Origin: Euryarchaeota archaeon UBA130
GTDB lineage: Archaea; Thermoplasmatota; Poseidoniia; Poseidoniales; Thalassarchaeaceae
DNA: 64,000 nt
Direction of reading: 5' to 3'
Assembly: GCA_002505775.1 (NCBI GenBank)
Contig: DAVY01000006.1
Span: 9,318-73,317, forward strand
In this document: one piece after another, positions 19,957-30,061 of the stretch
Numbering within the stretch: position 1 is the stretch's first letter
Layout of the letters: each line of letters starts with the position of its first letter
Position numbers and translations under genes: made by a program
Notes under the pieces: model-generated
Databases searched by the model: none
Seen by the model: the letters and a program-made list of their open reading frames with translations, nothing else
What the model was told of the DNA's origin: nothing

Positions 19957-20768
19957 TCTTCTTCCTCCTTACCCTTCTTTCCCTTCCTCATAGCGAAGGA
20001 AGATGCCCCTCCAGACAAAACTCTGTTCATATCAATAAGCAGATCATCAAATCCATTTACTTCATCTCCAAATCCTGAAGAAACCTTGACTTCCCAGAGA
20101 GCTATCGCATCCGAGGATTGTGAATAAAGCTCTTTGGCTCTATCTAGTTGCCTTCTGGTATCCCTAATTTCTTCTTTTAAGGCTACCATTTTCTCATAAA
20201 GTGGCTGTGCCTTTTCTACGGCCTTCATCATTCTGGAGTGCGCTGTCTCTGAAGCTTTGAAATTAGAAACCATTATTTTTCTAGAATCGAGATATTTAGA
20301 CATTTCTGGATTGGATGCCCGCCTCTCCTTGAGCCATTTCTCGTTCTGCTCAATTAGCTTCCTCCTCTTGGAAATTAGCCTACCCTCTTCTCTGTGGTCC
20401 AGAGCAGATGTCTCTATTGTGGACTCTATGTTCTCCAGCTCTTCAAGAAGCTTCATCTTCTTCCACTCGGGATCCAAATTAACCATTCCTCCAGTTTTTG
20501 ATAGTGTGTCTACAGACTGTCTAACCTCAACCAGCTTTTCCCGAGCAATTTTCTGAGCAGTATTTCTTTTCTGCTTATTATTGGCAACAACATCATTTGC
20601 AGTGGCATGAGCTTCAACCGCCCTCTTAACTTTAGGAGCAAGGGCCTCTTCTTCAGCCTCCAGATTCCTAATTACGTTGGGCAACTGCTCCTCCAAGGCT
20701 TTCCATCGGGCCAGAAGGCCTTCAGCAAGCATCTCGGGTTTTACCTCCATCAACTGTTGGACGTCCAT
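19953..20768 (-). CDS. Archaeal coiled-coil protein (COG1340-like), paralog 3
   Basis: Helical; IETSALDHREEGRLI hinge motif; start reassigned to ATG 20768. Confidence 0.75.
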   Translation of the reverse strand: MDVQQLMEVKPEMLAEGLLARWKALEEQLPNVIRNLEAEEEALAPKVKRAVEAHATANDVVANNKQKRNTAQKIAREKLVEVRQSVDTLSKTGGMVNLDPEWKKMKLLEELENIESTIETSALDHREEGRLISKRRKLIEQNEKWLKERRASNPEMSKYLDSRKIMVSNFKASETAHSRMMKAVEKAQPLYEKMVALKEEIRDTRRQLDRAKELYSQSSDAIALWEVKVSSGFGDEVNGFDDLLIDMNRVLSGGASSFAMRKGKKGKEEEE

Positions 20769-20871
20769 TGCAATCCCGCCCACCCGTGACCGTCGGTTAA
20801 AGGTCACTATGTGACCTTGGGAAGGGTTTGTTTGATACGCCTCCACATCTCGGAAGTTTTGAGGGACGGGT

Positions 20872-22770
20872 GTGAAGCATACTGCTAACTTTGCCATCGC
20901 TGTAGTTTTCCTCCTCCTTTTTACCGGTTCCGTTAGGGCAGAGGTGGAAGAGTCGCCTTCATTGACAATACAAGACTCTAATTTTTGGATTATAGAATCA
21001 ATCGATCAGACAACATCATCCCCGAACGGTAATTCTACTGTATCTGACGGGGACTACGTTAGAATTTCAATGGAGGTCTACAATAACGTAGACCTTTCAA
21101 TCAATGGCTCATGGGAGCTAAAGGTGCTTTCAAACGGTATCTGGCATACTTCGATGTTTCAAAATGAATCTTGGCTCCCTTATGAGACTAAAAGTCCAGA
21201 GATAACCATCGGCCCAATGGTCGAGGGTACAATATCCATGATGTTCGAAGTTAAGACGTTTGACCCCTCGCTAAACATATCCGTCACCAAGGACATAAGG
21301 GTGGCCCCAAATCCAATAATTTTCAGCTCAGCCGGGGACTCAGTAATTGCCATTACAGGTGAGCCCGCGTATGTCGGCGACAAACTGACTGGCTCGATTT
21401 TAGTCAAGAACCAGGGAGAGGTCGAGGGAACAGTCTTCCTACGGTTAACTCATGATGAGTCCTCGACCTCATACTACGGGCAAAATGTCACGATTAGTCC
21501 CGGTTCCAGTAGGGAGGTATCTGTTAATTTTGAATTTCCTACTCCCGGGATGAAAGAATTCAGATGGGATGTCATTAGTAGCATTGGAGGGGTCTCATTG
21601 GAACTAAATGGGTCACATAATCTCATTATCATGCCACAACAACAAGTACATTCTGGGATTAATTCTCTCGCTTGGACCATATCAAGTGGCATAGAGTTGG
21701 AATATTGGGTATCTCTTTCCGATGGACCTTCAAGGGAGATAGAGATCTCCATCGGGGAATATCAAGCGGGATTATTCACCGAACTTCAAAGTTTTCCGAT
21801 GAAATTAGACCAGGGCGTCAGAAATCTCGATTTTAATATCCCCAATCCTGATAGTAATCTCGATAGAATTAGAATAACAATATCCCCTCTGGACTGGACA
21901 TCCGGACAGATCGCAGATTTGTTCGTTGAACTCACAAGACCTCAACCAATTATCCAGATCACATCCTGTACGCAGACACCGGAAATTGTCGACATCCATG
22001 AAACAGTTTCCTTGGAATGTATCTTTACGAATATTGGCAATTCAGACTCGCTACCCGGAGATATAACAATAATGAGGGTATCTGATGGAATGTTATACGA
22101 TGAGGCGGGTAAGAAATCAATTTCAATATCTACAGGAGAATCCAAGGTGATATCAACCTCCATCCAAGAATGGCAAAACGAAGGTTCAACCCCTCTTCAA
22201 GTGAGGTATTCTTCTGGGGCTACATTGACAACTGGCAACATAACAATCCAGGCTAATCAGGTACCATCAGAAGGTTTCAAACTGCCCTTTGACACAACTG
22301 CCGCTTTACTGGGGGCTGTATCTGGCGTTGTAATTATGATGGTCGCACTAGTTCTGTGGAGGGTGGCCACTGAAAGGACACCGTCAACAGTCACTGAGAG
22401 TAAGCCTTCTATCTCCAGAATAGAAAAAAGGAGGGAGTCCGATAAAATTGAGGTTTCTTGTCCGACATGTAGCCAGAGGCTGAGTATACCCGGTGGGCAC
22501 GTTGGAAGAGTGAGGTGTCCAGCATGTACCAATAGCTTCGAAGTTGGCGTGAAAAACAATCCCGCCGTTGAAGGGAGTAGTATCGAAATTGAAGAACAGG
22601 TAGAAAAGGAGAATGTAACTGAAGAGAAATTTTTGAATTCCAGCTCGGATTCTGATATTCTTTCATGCCCCTCATGTGAACAGCTACTCAAGGTCCCACT
22701 TGAGAAGAGACCGATCATGTCCAGGTGCCCTGCATGTAGGACAGAATTCAAGGCGTTAAGAGGCGATTAG
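20872..22770 (+). CDS. Exported Ig/CARDB-like repeat protein with one TM helix and two cytoplasmic Zn ribbons
   Basis: Signal peptide; VKNQG...TISPGSSREVSVNF and FTNIG...SISTGESKVI CARDB-like motifs; TM helix; CPTC..CPAC and CPSC..CPAC. Confidence 0.8.
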   Translation: MKHTANFAIAVVFLLLFTGSVRAEVEESPSLTIQDSNFWIIESIDQTTSSPNGNSTVSDGDYVRISMEVYNNVDLSINGSWELKVLSNGIWHTSMFQNESWLPYETKSPEITIGPMVEGTISMMFEVKTFDPSLNISVTKDIRVAPNPIIFSSAGDSVIAITGEPAYVGDKLTGSILVKNQGEVEGTVFLRLTHDESSTSYYGQNVTISPGSSREVSVNFEFPTPGMKEFRWDVISSIGGVSLELNGSHNLIIMPQQQVHSGINSLAWTISSGIELEYWVSLSDGPSREIEISIGEYQAGLFTELQSFPMKLDQGVRNLDFNIPNPDSNLDRIRITISPLDWTSGQIADLFVELTRPQPIIQITSCTQTPEIVDIHETVSLECIFTNIGNSDSLPGDITIMRVSDGMLYDEAGKKSISISTGESKVISTSIQEWQNEGSTPLQVRYSSGATLTTGNITIQANQVPSEGFKLPFDTTAALLGAVSGVVIMMVALVLWRVATERTPSTVTESKPSISRIEKRRESDKIEVSCPTCSQRLSIPGGHVGRVRCPACTNSFEVGVKNNPAVEGSSIEIEEQVEKENVTEEKFLNSSSDSDILSCPSCEQLLKVPLEKRPIMSRCPACRTEFKALRGD

Positions 22771-23421
22771 ATGGTTGATCTCAGCGAGTTTGAAGAGATG
22801 TATTTGAAGAGAATTTTTGAGATCTATGACTCAGAGCCGAGTACGATAGTAAAGACATCTCAGCTAGCTAAAGTAATGCGAGTTAGCAACGCATCCACCA
22901 CAGAGATGATACAGAGGCTATCAGATAGGGAGCTTCTAACCTACATACCATACAAGGGTTGTAGGCTAACTCCAGAGGGATTCAAGATTGCTGCACGAAT
23001 AAAAAGGAGAGAGGGGCTATTACAGATTCTTCTGTCCGAGGTGGTTGGATTTGAAGGCGATGTGGATGAGGCGGCCTGCAAAATGGAGCATGACATGTCA
23101 TCCGAACTAGAGGAGGCTATTGACAGGATGCTCGGATACCCTGAGAGGGCACCCGATGGAACAAAAGTCCCGGTTATAGAAAGGAATCTAGATCTATCTC
23201 CCAAGAAATACCTTCTTCCTCTCTCATACTTACCAGTCGGATCCACCTCCAAAATTGAGATTATCGCACTCGATAATACTGATCAGAAAACACTTGAGGG
23301 AATGGGCCTGGAGGTAGGAACTATCATCACTAAAGAAAAAGAAGGCGTAAGATTTCAAGAAAAGGTGTTGAAACTTAGCGAGTCTTTGATGAAGAAGATA
23401 TTGACTAGGATGGAGGGATAA
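22771..23421 (+). CDS. DtxR/MntR family metal-dependent transcription regulator with FeoA-like C-terminal domain
   Basis: EEMYLKRI, HTH (VSNASTTEMIQRL), YKGCRLTPEG, EAACKMEH, LGYPERAPDG. Confidence 0.92.
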   Translation: MVDLSEFEEMYLKRIFEIYDSEPSTIVKTSQLAKVMRVSNASTTEMIQRLSDRELLTYIPYKGCRLTPEGFKIAARIKRREGLLQILLSEVVGFEGDVDEAACKMEHDMSSELEEAIDRMLGYPERAPDGTKVPVIERNLDLSPKKYLLPLSYLPVGSTSKIEIIALDNTDQKTLEGMGLEVGTIITKEKEGVRFQEKVLKLSESLMKKILTRMEG

Positions 23422-23422
23422 T

Positions 23423-24991
23423 ATGGACGAGTCAGAAGGAGTTGACCAGCATCTTGTTGATCTCGCTGACGACCTCTCGGGAATCGCCCCCCCCGCTCCC
23501 TCTGTCCCTGTCTCTAATTTATCCAACTCCGATAGTAGTTGGATGGATGATACTCTGAGGTCAAAGGAATCAACATTGCTTAGGATTGACAGGCTTCTTG
23601 TTAGCGGAGGCGCCAGGCTCGTGTTGTTACTCCCCCTCTTGGCCGTGATGCTATTGGGAGCTGCTCAATCCTATGGCTCGAATGATACAGAGTGGTGGAA
23701 CGAGACATTGAGGGATGCAGCGGGTGGCTTTTCCTTGATTAGGGCAACATACGCTGTCGCCCTCCTCATATTAATTGCTGATATCTTCCTACTGTCCATT
23801 TTACTGAGGATGATGACATACACGAGGACGATTTTCCATCATGAGGCCGATTCCTTAACTTCTGCCGGACTAACATTTAGGAGCTCACATGGCTATGCAG
23901 AAATGAGGGCGACAATTGATGGCTCAATCAGACAGATTACTGCAACATCATCCTTGATTGTAATTTCCTCGATACTGCTGGCTCTTTCTCTGTGGTTCCC
24001 TTCTGGAAATGAAGAAGTGAGTCCTGTCTTGTTGGCCCTTTCTACAGGATGCCTTCTAGCGGGTCACGGTGTGCAATTAATTTCAGTTCGTTCCAGATAC
24101 AATGCATCCGAGCCGTGGGGAATGCTTGAGGCATTCTCGCCGCCCATCCACCCTGCATTACTAAGCCGGCCATTTAACGACGTCATTAAGGCCCATATCG
24201 ATCCATTATTGGGTATTAGGATTACCGAGTACCTGAAGACAGTCAGGTCTGAACTTAGAGAGGGATATACTATGTCGGAATTGCAAGAGTCATTATTACT
24301 GCTTCTCCACCTAAGAAGGTCTTCACTGATATCGGAGTCAGAGTTTAAGACGAAATTAGCCAGTATGGTCGAGCCGACTGCTATTGATGGCCTTTTCAGA
24401 CATCCAGAAGTAGGTGAAGAGACTTGGGACAGGCTTTTGCAACATGCTAGAAGCCAGTGTAAGCCATTCTTTAGATTACACGATAGAATGAGAATGAGAC
24501 GAGGAATTAGTAGCTCAGATGGAGGTTTCTGGTTCGATGTGGATATGGAGAACCTAGTTGTTGGCCAAGCAAATCTATTCGCCTTCATCTTAAATTCGGG
24601 CAACGAATCGAAAGATTTAGTATTAAAAATTCAGACTCCTGATTTCAAACCCAATGAATGTGTCTATCGTTTGCGTTCTGAACCTATAAATATGGATTCA
24701 GATCCATTAAACCCTCCCCTCCTCTCCACAATGATTCAAGAAATGACAAACAGTACAAGTATTGTCTGGCAGAGTCTTCTTCCCTCCATTAAGGGAGAGG
24801 CCACTGTAACTGTTAGACTCGAGGACGACTCAGGAAATTTATTATCTGGGAGGGTACTAAACGTGCAAGTCGGAAGTGATTTGATTACGAGGACTAGGAG
24901 GGCCGTTGGAGCGATGTTTATGGCAGGGGCGCTTATTGCAATCCTATCTCCCTTACTTCCATTCGCAGGGTCGGTCCTCGGACTTCTTTGA
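23423..24991 (+). CDS. Hypothetical multi-pass membrane protein
   Basis: About four N-terminal TM segments, soluble domain, C-terminal TM; 1 bp after the dtxR-like stop. Confidence 0.75.
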   Translation: MDESEGVDQHLVDLADDLSGIAPPAPSVPVSNLSNSDSSWMDDTLRSKESTLLRIDRLLVSGGARLVLLLPLLAVMLLGAAQSYGSNDTEWWNETLRDAAGGFSLIRATYAVALLILIADIFLLSILLRMMTYTRTIFHHEADSLTSAGLTFRSSHGYAEMRATIDGSIRQITATSSLIVISSILLALSLWFPSGNEEVSPVLLALSTGCLLAGHGVQLISVRSRYNASEPWGMLEAFSPPIHPALLSRPFNDVIKAHIDPLLGIRITEYLKTVRSELREGYTMSELQESLLLLLHLRRSSLISESEFKTKLASMVEPTAIDGLFRHPEVGEETWDRLLQHARSQCKPFFRLHDRMRMRRGISSSDGGFWFDVDMENLVVGQANLFAFILNSGNESKDLVLKIQTPDFKPNECVYRLRSEPINMDSDPLNPPLLSTMIQEMTNSTSIVWQSLLPSIKGEATVTVRLEDDSGNLLSGRVLNVQVGSDLITRTRRAVGAMFMAGALIAILSPLLPFAGSVLGLL

Positions 24992-25029
24992 TGAGTTCCA
25001 TTCAATAACAGCTCCCTACTCCCAAATCT

Positions 25030-26031
25030 GTGAATGATGACGAACCAAGTCCTGATGACGACCTGAAAACCAGGCTTCATGCAATGGAGGCAAGGCTCAG
25101 AAGAATGAGGGATCAGAGGACTTCTCACAATGAAGATGCTAGGAGAGCTGCTGACTCAAGGAACTCGGTTCAAGAACAGTCGAAGGAGATTAGAGCCTCT
25201 ATTGAGGAGAAATTAAACGAGCAAAAAGAAGTTAGGGCTAGAGCAAAGACACATCAGATGCAGAGGGACGCTATTCAATCTAGAATTAGAGAGATTATCG
25301 ATAGCAAGAAAGGTAGGAGGTCCGAAGCCAGTAAAGCGAAATCAGATGTAGTCGAACTTTCTGAAGTAATGGCGGAGATATCCAATATAGAAAATAGGCT
25401 GATGACTGATGGAACTTTAACTCTCAAAGCAGAGAATAGGCTACTTAGAAAACTCAAGATACTTGCCTCCAAAAGGGATGTTCTTCTTCCCAAAGCAACC
25501 GAATTTGAAGCCATCAATATAGACCTAGGAGATTTGGAGAGTACAATTCAAACCCTCAAAGCAGAAGCTGACTCACAACACCAAGAGATGATTAGAGCTC
25601 ATGAAGAGGCAGATATAATCTGGGAAGAAGTGAAACCAATGTTGGAAGAGAGAGACTTCCTAAGGTCTGAAGGCGACAGATTACACGCCATCTTTGTCGA
25701 GTCAAAGGAGCTCGCTAATTCTGTACATGCGGAAATCGAGGTACTTCTCAAAGAGGTCAATGAAGCCAGAGATGAAATGAAGGCTAGAAGGGAGGAAAGA
25801 GCTAGGGTGATTAGGGAGCATAACGAGTCCGTCAGAAACGCTCTCAAAACCCCAGATAAGGACGAGGTTCTTGCAGAATCTCTTACGGACAAACTTCTTT
25901 CTGAGGGTACACTGACTCTGGGAGGGTCGATGTCAGGGGACCCCCAAGCTTCGCCAAGCGCAATTTCATCATCAGCCGGTAAAAGAAGAAAACCGAGAAA
26001 GGTAGGGTCATTCAGGAAGCCAAGGAAGTAA
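25030..26031 (+). CDS. Archaeal coiled-coil protein (COG1340-like), paralog 4
   Basis: RTSHN..RNSVQ..RDAIQ periodicity, TDGTLTLKAENRLL hinge, ADSQHQEM/ANSVHAEI, basic tail. Confidence 0.85.
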   Translation: MNDDEPSPDDDLKTRLHAMEARLRRMRDQRTSHNEDARRAADSRNSVQEQSKEIRASIEEKLNEQKEVRARAKTHQMQRDAIQSRIREIIDSKKGRRSEASKAKSDVVELSEVMAEISNIENRLMTDGTLTLKAENRLLRKLKILASKRDVLLPKATEFEAINIDLGDLESTIQTLKAEADSQHQEMIRAHEEADIIWEEVKPMLEERDFLRSEGDRLHAIFVESKELANSVHAEIEVLLKEVNEARDEMKARREERARVIREHNESVRNALKTPDKDEVLAESLTDKLLSEGTLTLGGSMSGDPQASPSAISSSAGKRRKPRKVGSFRKPRK

Positions 26032-26032
26032 T

Positions 26033-27037
26033 TTACCAACCTCTCTCTTCAAGTCTAACATCTAATGTCTCTATTTCTAGCCCTGGCATTGCTTCTCCTA
26101 CCATTGAGCAGGCCTCGGAAACAATTGACGGGTCGTTGAAGTGGTGGGTTGCAAGAACGATTGCTTCTGCAGTTAAAGATGGATCAGAACTTTTGAATAT
26201 TCCAGAACCGACGAAGATACCGTCCATCCCCCTATTCATCATGAGAGCCGCATCGGCCGGGGTGGCAATTCCACCAGCGGAGAAAGTTACAACAGGCAGG
26301 CGACCAATGCTAGCAACTTCGTCTAATATGGAGGCCACTTCTTCCCTTACCTCTCCCATTGTTCCAAACGGCGTCTCTCCTTCTGGGAGATTCTCAAGTT
26401 TTAATTTGAATTCCGAAGCGTCATTCATTCTCTGGAAACCTCTCATAATTATGTCTATCATATCCTCCCTCTCCTGTTTATCGGCGGTTTGAATGTTCTT
26501 GATTTCAGCATCTACTAAGCTAGCATGCTGAACAGCACTGACCACGTTTCCAGTTCCTGCCTCGCCCTTGGTTCTAATCATGGCAGCGCCCTCAGAAATT
26601 CTCCTAATTGCTTCACCAAGATTAGTGCATCCGCAAACGAATGGAATGGTGAAGTCCTTTTTCGGGATGTGAAAAAAAGGATCGGCGGGAGTCAGGACCT
26701 CGGATTCATCAATCATGTCAACACCCAGGCTCTCCAATACACGTGCTTCTCCTTCGTGGCCGATTCTGGCTTTAGCCATCACCGGAATACTCGTTGTCTC
26801 CATAATTTCCTTGATCATGTCAGGATGGCTCATCCTAGCAACGCCCCCCATGGCCCTGATATCAGCTGGGACTCTCTCCAGTGCCATTACTGAAACTGCC
26901 CCTGCATCTTCCGCGATATGCGCCTCTTCTGGAGTCACCACATCCATTACGACCCCTCCTTCCTGCATTTTGGCAAATCCCCTTTTCAAGAGCTCAGTAC
27001 CATAGCGCATCTTTGTCAAGTCAAGCGTACCACTCAT
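26033..27037 (-). CDS. pdxS: Pyridoxal 5'-phosphate synthase subunit
   Basis: [57 protein letters not shown]. Confidence 0.98.
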   Translation of the reverse strand: MSGTLDLTKMRYGTELLKRGFAKMQEGGVVMDVVTPEEAHIAEDAGAVSVMALERVPADIRAMGGVARMSHPDMIKEIMETTSIPVMAKARIGHEGEARVLESLGVDMIDESEVLTPADPFFHIPKKDFTIPFVCGCTNLGEAIRRISEGAAMIRTKGEAGTGNVVSAVQHASLVDAEIKNIQTADKQEREDMIDIIMRGFQRMNDASEFKLKLENLPEGETPFGTMGEVREEVASILDEVASIGRLPVVTFSAGGIATPADAALMMNRGMDGIFVGSGIFKSSDPSLTAEAIVLATHHFNDPSIVSEACSMVGEAMPGLEIETLDVRLEERGW

Positions 27038-27090
27038 GGACTTCGCTAAGACTAGGTACTCATGAACCTATGTAAGAAGAAACTTAACAA

Positions 27091-27363
27091 TCAGGCGAGA
27101 ACTGGAGAATCTCCTTCGGCAAGGGGAAGGTTTGGGGCTTCTTCTTCGTTCCTATCTAGCCATTCTTCATGTTCGTCTGGTAGATCAGTATCGGCAAAAA
27201 TTGCCTCTACAGGGCACTCAGCTACGCAAGCAGCACAGTCAATACATTCATCGGGGTCAATGACGAGATAATTTTCAGCCTCTCTAAAGGCCTCAACTGG
27301 GCATACAGCAACGCAATCTTGGTATTTGTGATCGACACATGCGGAGGTAACTACGTGAGTCAT
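27091..27363 (-). CDS. fdxA: 7Fe/8Fe ferredoxin (FdxA type)
   Basis: [41 protein letters not shown]. Confidence 0.92.
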   Translation of the reverse strand: MTHVVTSACVDHKYQDCVAVCPVEAFREAENYLVIDPDECIDCAACVAECPVEAIFADTDLPDEHEEWLDRNEEEAPNLPLAEGDSPVLA

Positions 27364-27429
27364 AACTATCAGGTATTCTACACGGCGATAACATTTGAAC
27401 TCTTGCTCAAAATAAACATAACAATAGCA

Positions 27430-27861
27430 CTATATCATGCCTTCGATAAGTTCCGTGGCAATATCCTTTGGGTGACTTCCTGGATAAGATTCAATCTTGA
27501 AAATACCCTTGACCGATGCCTCAATATTCCCCGATTTAGCTAGTTTAATCTCTCCTTTAACAAGCATAGGCAGGGATATCCGGATGTGGAGATTTTTATC
27601 ACCATCGATCCTTCTTTCCAAGCCATCCGCGAGTATGGCCCTGTGTACTTCACTGCCTAGGTTTTTCAGACATTCTAATGCCACCTTCTTGCGATTAATT
27701 TTAACCAATCCTGTATTCATTATTGGGCCATGAAAAGACTTCTCCTTCGACCACTCCAAACAATTTTCCTTGTTGCACAGCCAATCCATAGAGTCTGCAA
27801 TTAGCTTCAAATCATCAAATGCTGTGGCGTGCACCCTCCACTCAGCCCTGAGTACCCCCAT
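27430..27861 (-). CDS. DUF54-like archaeal RNA-binding protein
   Basis: VHATAFDD, SFHGPI, RRIDGDKNLHIRI, KIESYPG; start reassigned to ATG 27861; divergent from rps3ae. Confidence 0.7.
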   Translation of the reverse strand: MGVLRAEWRVHATAFDDLKLIADSMDWLCNKENCLEWSKEKSFHGPIMNTGLVKINRKKVALECLKNLGSEVHRAILADGLERRIDGDKNLHIRISLPMLVKGEIKLAKSGNIEASVKGIFKIESYPGSHPKDIATELIEGMI

Positions 27862-27986
27862 GTATCTGCGACATACAACTGATAGATAGTCACTTACCAT
27901 GCTTACCTCGTTAGGGCCTGTTTCAAATACTATGTGTAGGTCGCAGAGGCGCAAGCGGGGAAGCCCCCGAAGAAGAGGTCGTTGTA

Positions 27987-28871
27987 ATGGCAAAGGGAGC
28001 AAAGGCAAGAGCAGCGGCACGCAGGCAGAGAGACAAGTGGAAGTCCAAGAGATGGTATTCCATCAGGGCGCCCAGAAATCCATGGTCATTCAGAATAATT
28101 GGAGAGACCCTGGCTGAAGAGCCAGAAATGCTAGTTGGCAGAAATTATGAAATCATGCAGAACGAGCTTGATGGGGACTTTTCAAAGATGCACGTCAAGA
28201 TTAGATTCAGGGTAACTGAGGTACTTGGGAATGACGCTATTACCGAGTTCATCGGGCATCAGATGATGCAAGACCATGTCAGAAGGCAGGTAAGAAGAGA
28301 CAGAGGAAAAATCGACGATACCATCGATGTAGTTACCGAAGATGGTTTCTATGTCAGATTCAAACCCCTACTCCTCACAGTAGGAAGGGTGAAATCAAGC
28401 CAGAAAAACCAAATCAGGACAATCGCGAGGGAATCGATCTTGAAAGCGGGAGCATCGTCGACATGGGTCGCAATGCAAAAATCGGTTATGGATGGAGAAC
28501 TCGAGGCAAAAATAAAAGAAGAGGCTTCCCAAATTAGTCCAATTAGGATGGTAATGATAAGGAGGACACAACTTATCCAATCAGGAGTCACAATAAACGA
28601 TGGGCCCACTCTAGAACAAATAAAGGCCGAGGAAGAGGCACAGAAGGCTTCCATCAATGAAGAAATTGAAGAGTCCGAAATCGCAGAAAACGCGGTCGAT
28701 GAGGACGAGGCGAACCCAGATGCAGAAGAAACTGTTGAAACCTCAGCTGATGGGGGAGAAACTCCTGACTACGAAGGTATGACTGTCCCCGAGTTGAAGG
28801 CGATCCTGAAAGAATCAGGCAAGCCAGTATCTGGCAAGAAAGCTGACCTTATTTCCAGAATTTTGGAGTGA
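27987..28871 (+). CDS. rps3ae: 30S ribosomal protein S3Ae (eS1) with acidic linker and SAP-like C-terminal domain
   Basis: DKWKSKRWYSIRAP, GET.A.EPE.LVGR; tail MTVPELKAILKESGKPVSGKKADLISRI. Confidence 0.95.
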   Translation: MAKGAKARAAARRQRDKWKSKRWYSIRAPRNPWSFRIIGETLAEEPEMLVGRNYEIMQNELDGDFSKMHVKIRFRVTEVLGNDAITEFIGHQMMQDHVRRQVRRDRGKIDDTIDVVTEDGFYVRFKPLLLTVGRVKSSQKNQIRTIARESILKAGASSTWVAMQKSVMDGELEAKIKEEASQISPIRMVMIRRTQLIQSGVTINDGPTLEQIKAEEEAQKASINEEIEESEIAENAVDEDEANPDAEETVETSADGGETPDYEGMTVPELKAILKESGKPVSGKKADLISRILE

Positions 28872-28875
28872 TAAA

Positions 28876-29649
28876 ATGTCCCGCATCGCGGTGATTTGTG
28901 GCACAGGGATGAGTGATCTATCCAACGAATTCAACGTAACTAAGACTAATTCCACTCTCAGGATAGAAACTAACTGGGGAGAAGTCCCAGTCACACTATC
29001 ACAAATAGAAGAAGGGGTAATCGCCGTATTGGACAGACATCATTCTCCTGGATCCTCTAGAACTCCTCCTCATAGGATTGAGCATAGAGCCAATGTCATG
29101 GCCGTGAAAAGCCTCGATCCAGATATCATTGTTAGTGTAAATTCTGTAGGTACCATGAGGAAAGACATGCCTCCTGGGACTGTGGGAGTGACCTCGGATG
29201 TCCTAGATTTATCTATTAGGCCATGGACTTTCTACGACGAGGATGCAGTCCATCATGATAGGACTTCTATATTTGATGACTCATGTTCCAAAATCTGCGT
29301 TGAGTCGCTGATAGAGTCTCAGGGGTTTTCCCCAAGCGGGGTAACCGTGGCACAATGTGTAGGGCCACAATTTGAATCTCCATCTGAAATTATAGCCTTG
29401 GAAAAACTTGGTGCTGACACAGTTGGAATGACCCTGGGTCCAGAGAGTAGACTGATTTCGGAAATTGGGATACCATATATTGCCCTTGCATGCTCCTCGA
29501 ATTGGGCCGCTGGAAAGGACCCCAGAGACCCAAAATCACCCATTGACCATCATTCAGTGGACAAACTCGCCTCGTCAATGAGAGCCCGAATCTCATCATG
29601 TGTGATAGCTCTTCTAAATGAATATCAAGACAACCAATCTCAAAGTTGA
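28876..29649 (+). CDS. MTAP-family purine nucleoside phosphorylase
   Basis: IAVICGTG, TNWG, PPHRIEHRAN, GPQFESPSE, GADTVGMT, NWAAG. Confidence 0.92.
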   Translation: MSRIAVICGTGMSDLSNEFNVTKTNSTLRIETNWGEVPVTLSQIEEGVIAVLDRHHSPGSSRTPPHRIEHRANVMAVKSLDPDIIVSVNSVGTMRKDMPPGTVGVTSDVLDLSIRPWTFYDEDAVHHDRTSIFDDSCSKICVESLIESQGFSPSGVTVAQCVGPQFESPSEIIALEKLGADTVGMTLGPESRLISEIGIPYIALACSSNWAAGKDPRDPKSPIDHHSVDKLASSMRARISSCVIALLNEYQDNQSQS

Positions 29650-29674
29650 TTTGTTTCCTACAGTTAGAACATTT

Positions 29675-30061
29675 ATGGAAAGAAAGACAAGTGTCAAAGA
29701 TTGGGCCTCAACGGATGCAAATTCACTTCCTGATGGCTCTTGGGAAACCATGATGAAAAGAGTAGCAAACTTCCATGAAAAACACTCATTCAGTAACGCT
29801 GAAAATAATGGTCATGACATGGGTTATAGAATAGCATTAACTGTAGAGGAGCTAGGGGAGCTGTCTGCTGCAATAACAAAGGGAAAACCAAAGTCTGAGG
29901 CATCCGAAGAACTGGCAGATTTACTCATCCTAATCCTCGGCCATTCCTTGGCTATGGATGTCGATTTGGAATCTGAGTTCCACAAAAAAATGGATAAAAT
30001 AATGAAAAGGGAATCAAAAAGGGGAGGCCTGGGAATTAGGGTTACTGAATATAGAGATTAA
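29675..30061 (+). CDS. MazG-like nucleotide pyrophosphohydrolase
   Basis: EELGEL...EELADLL. Confidence 0.88.
   Translation: MERKTSVKDWASTDANSLPDGSWETMMKRVANFHEKHSFSNAENNGHDMGYRIALTVEELGELSAAITKGKPKSEASEELADLLILILGHSLAMDVDLESEFHKKMDKIMKRESKRGGLGIRVTEYRD

Noticed and set aside
18064-20768. SMC/Rad50 or phosphoserine phosphatase
   Set aside because: No Walker A/B, zinc hook or HAD DxDxT motif; purely coiled-coil.
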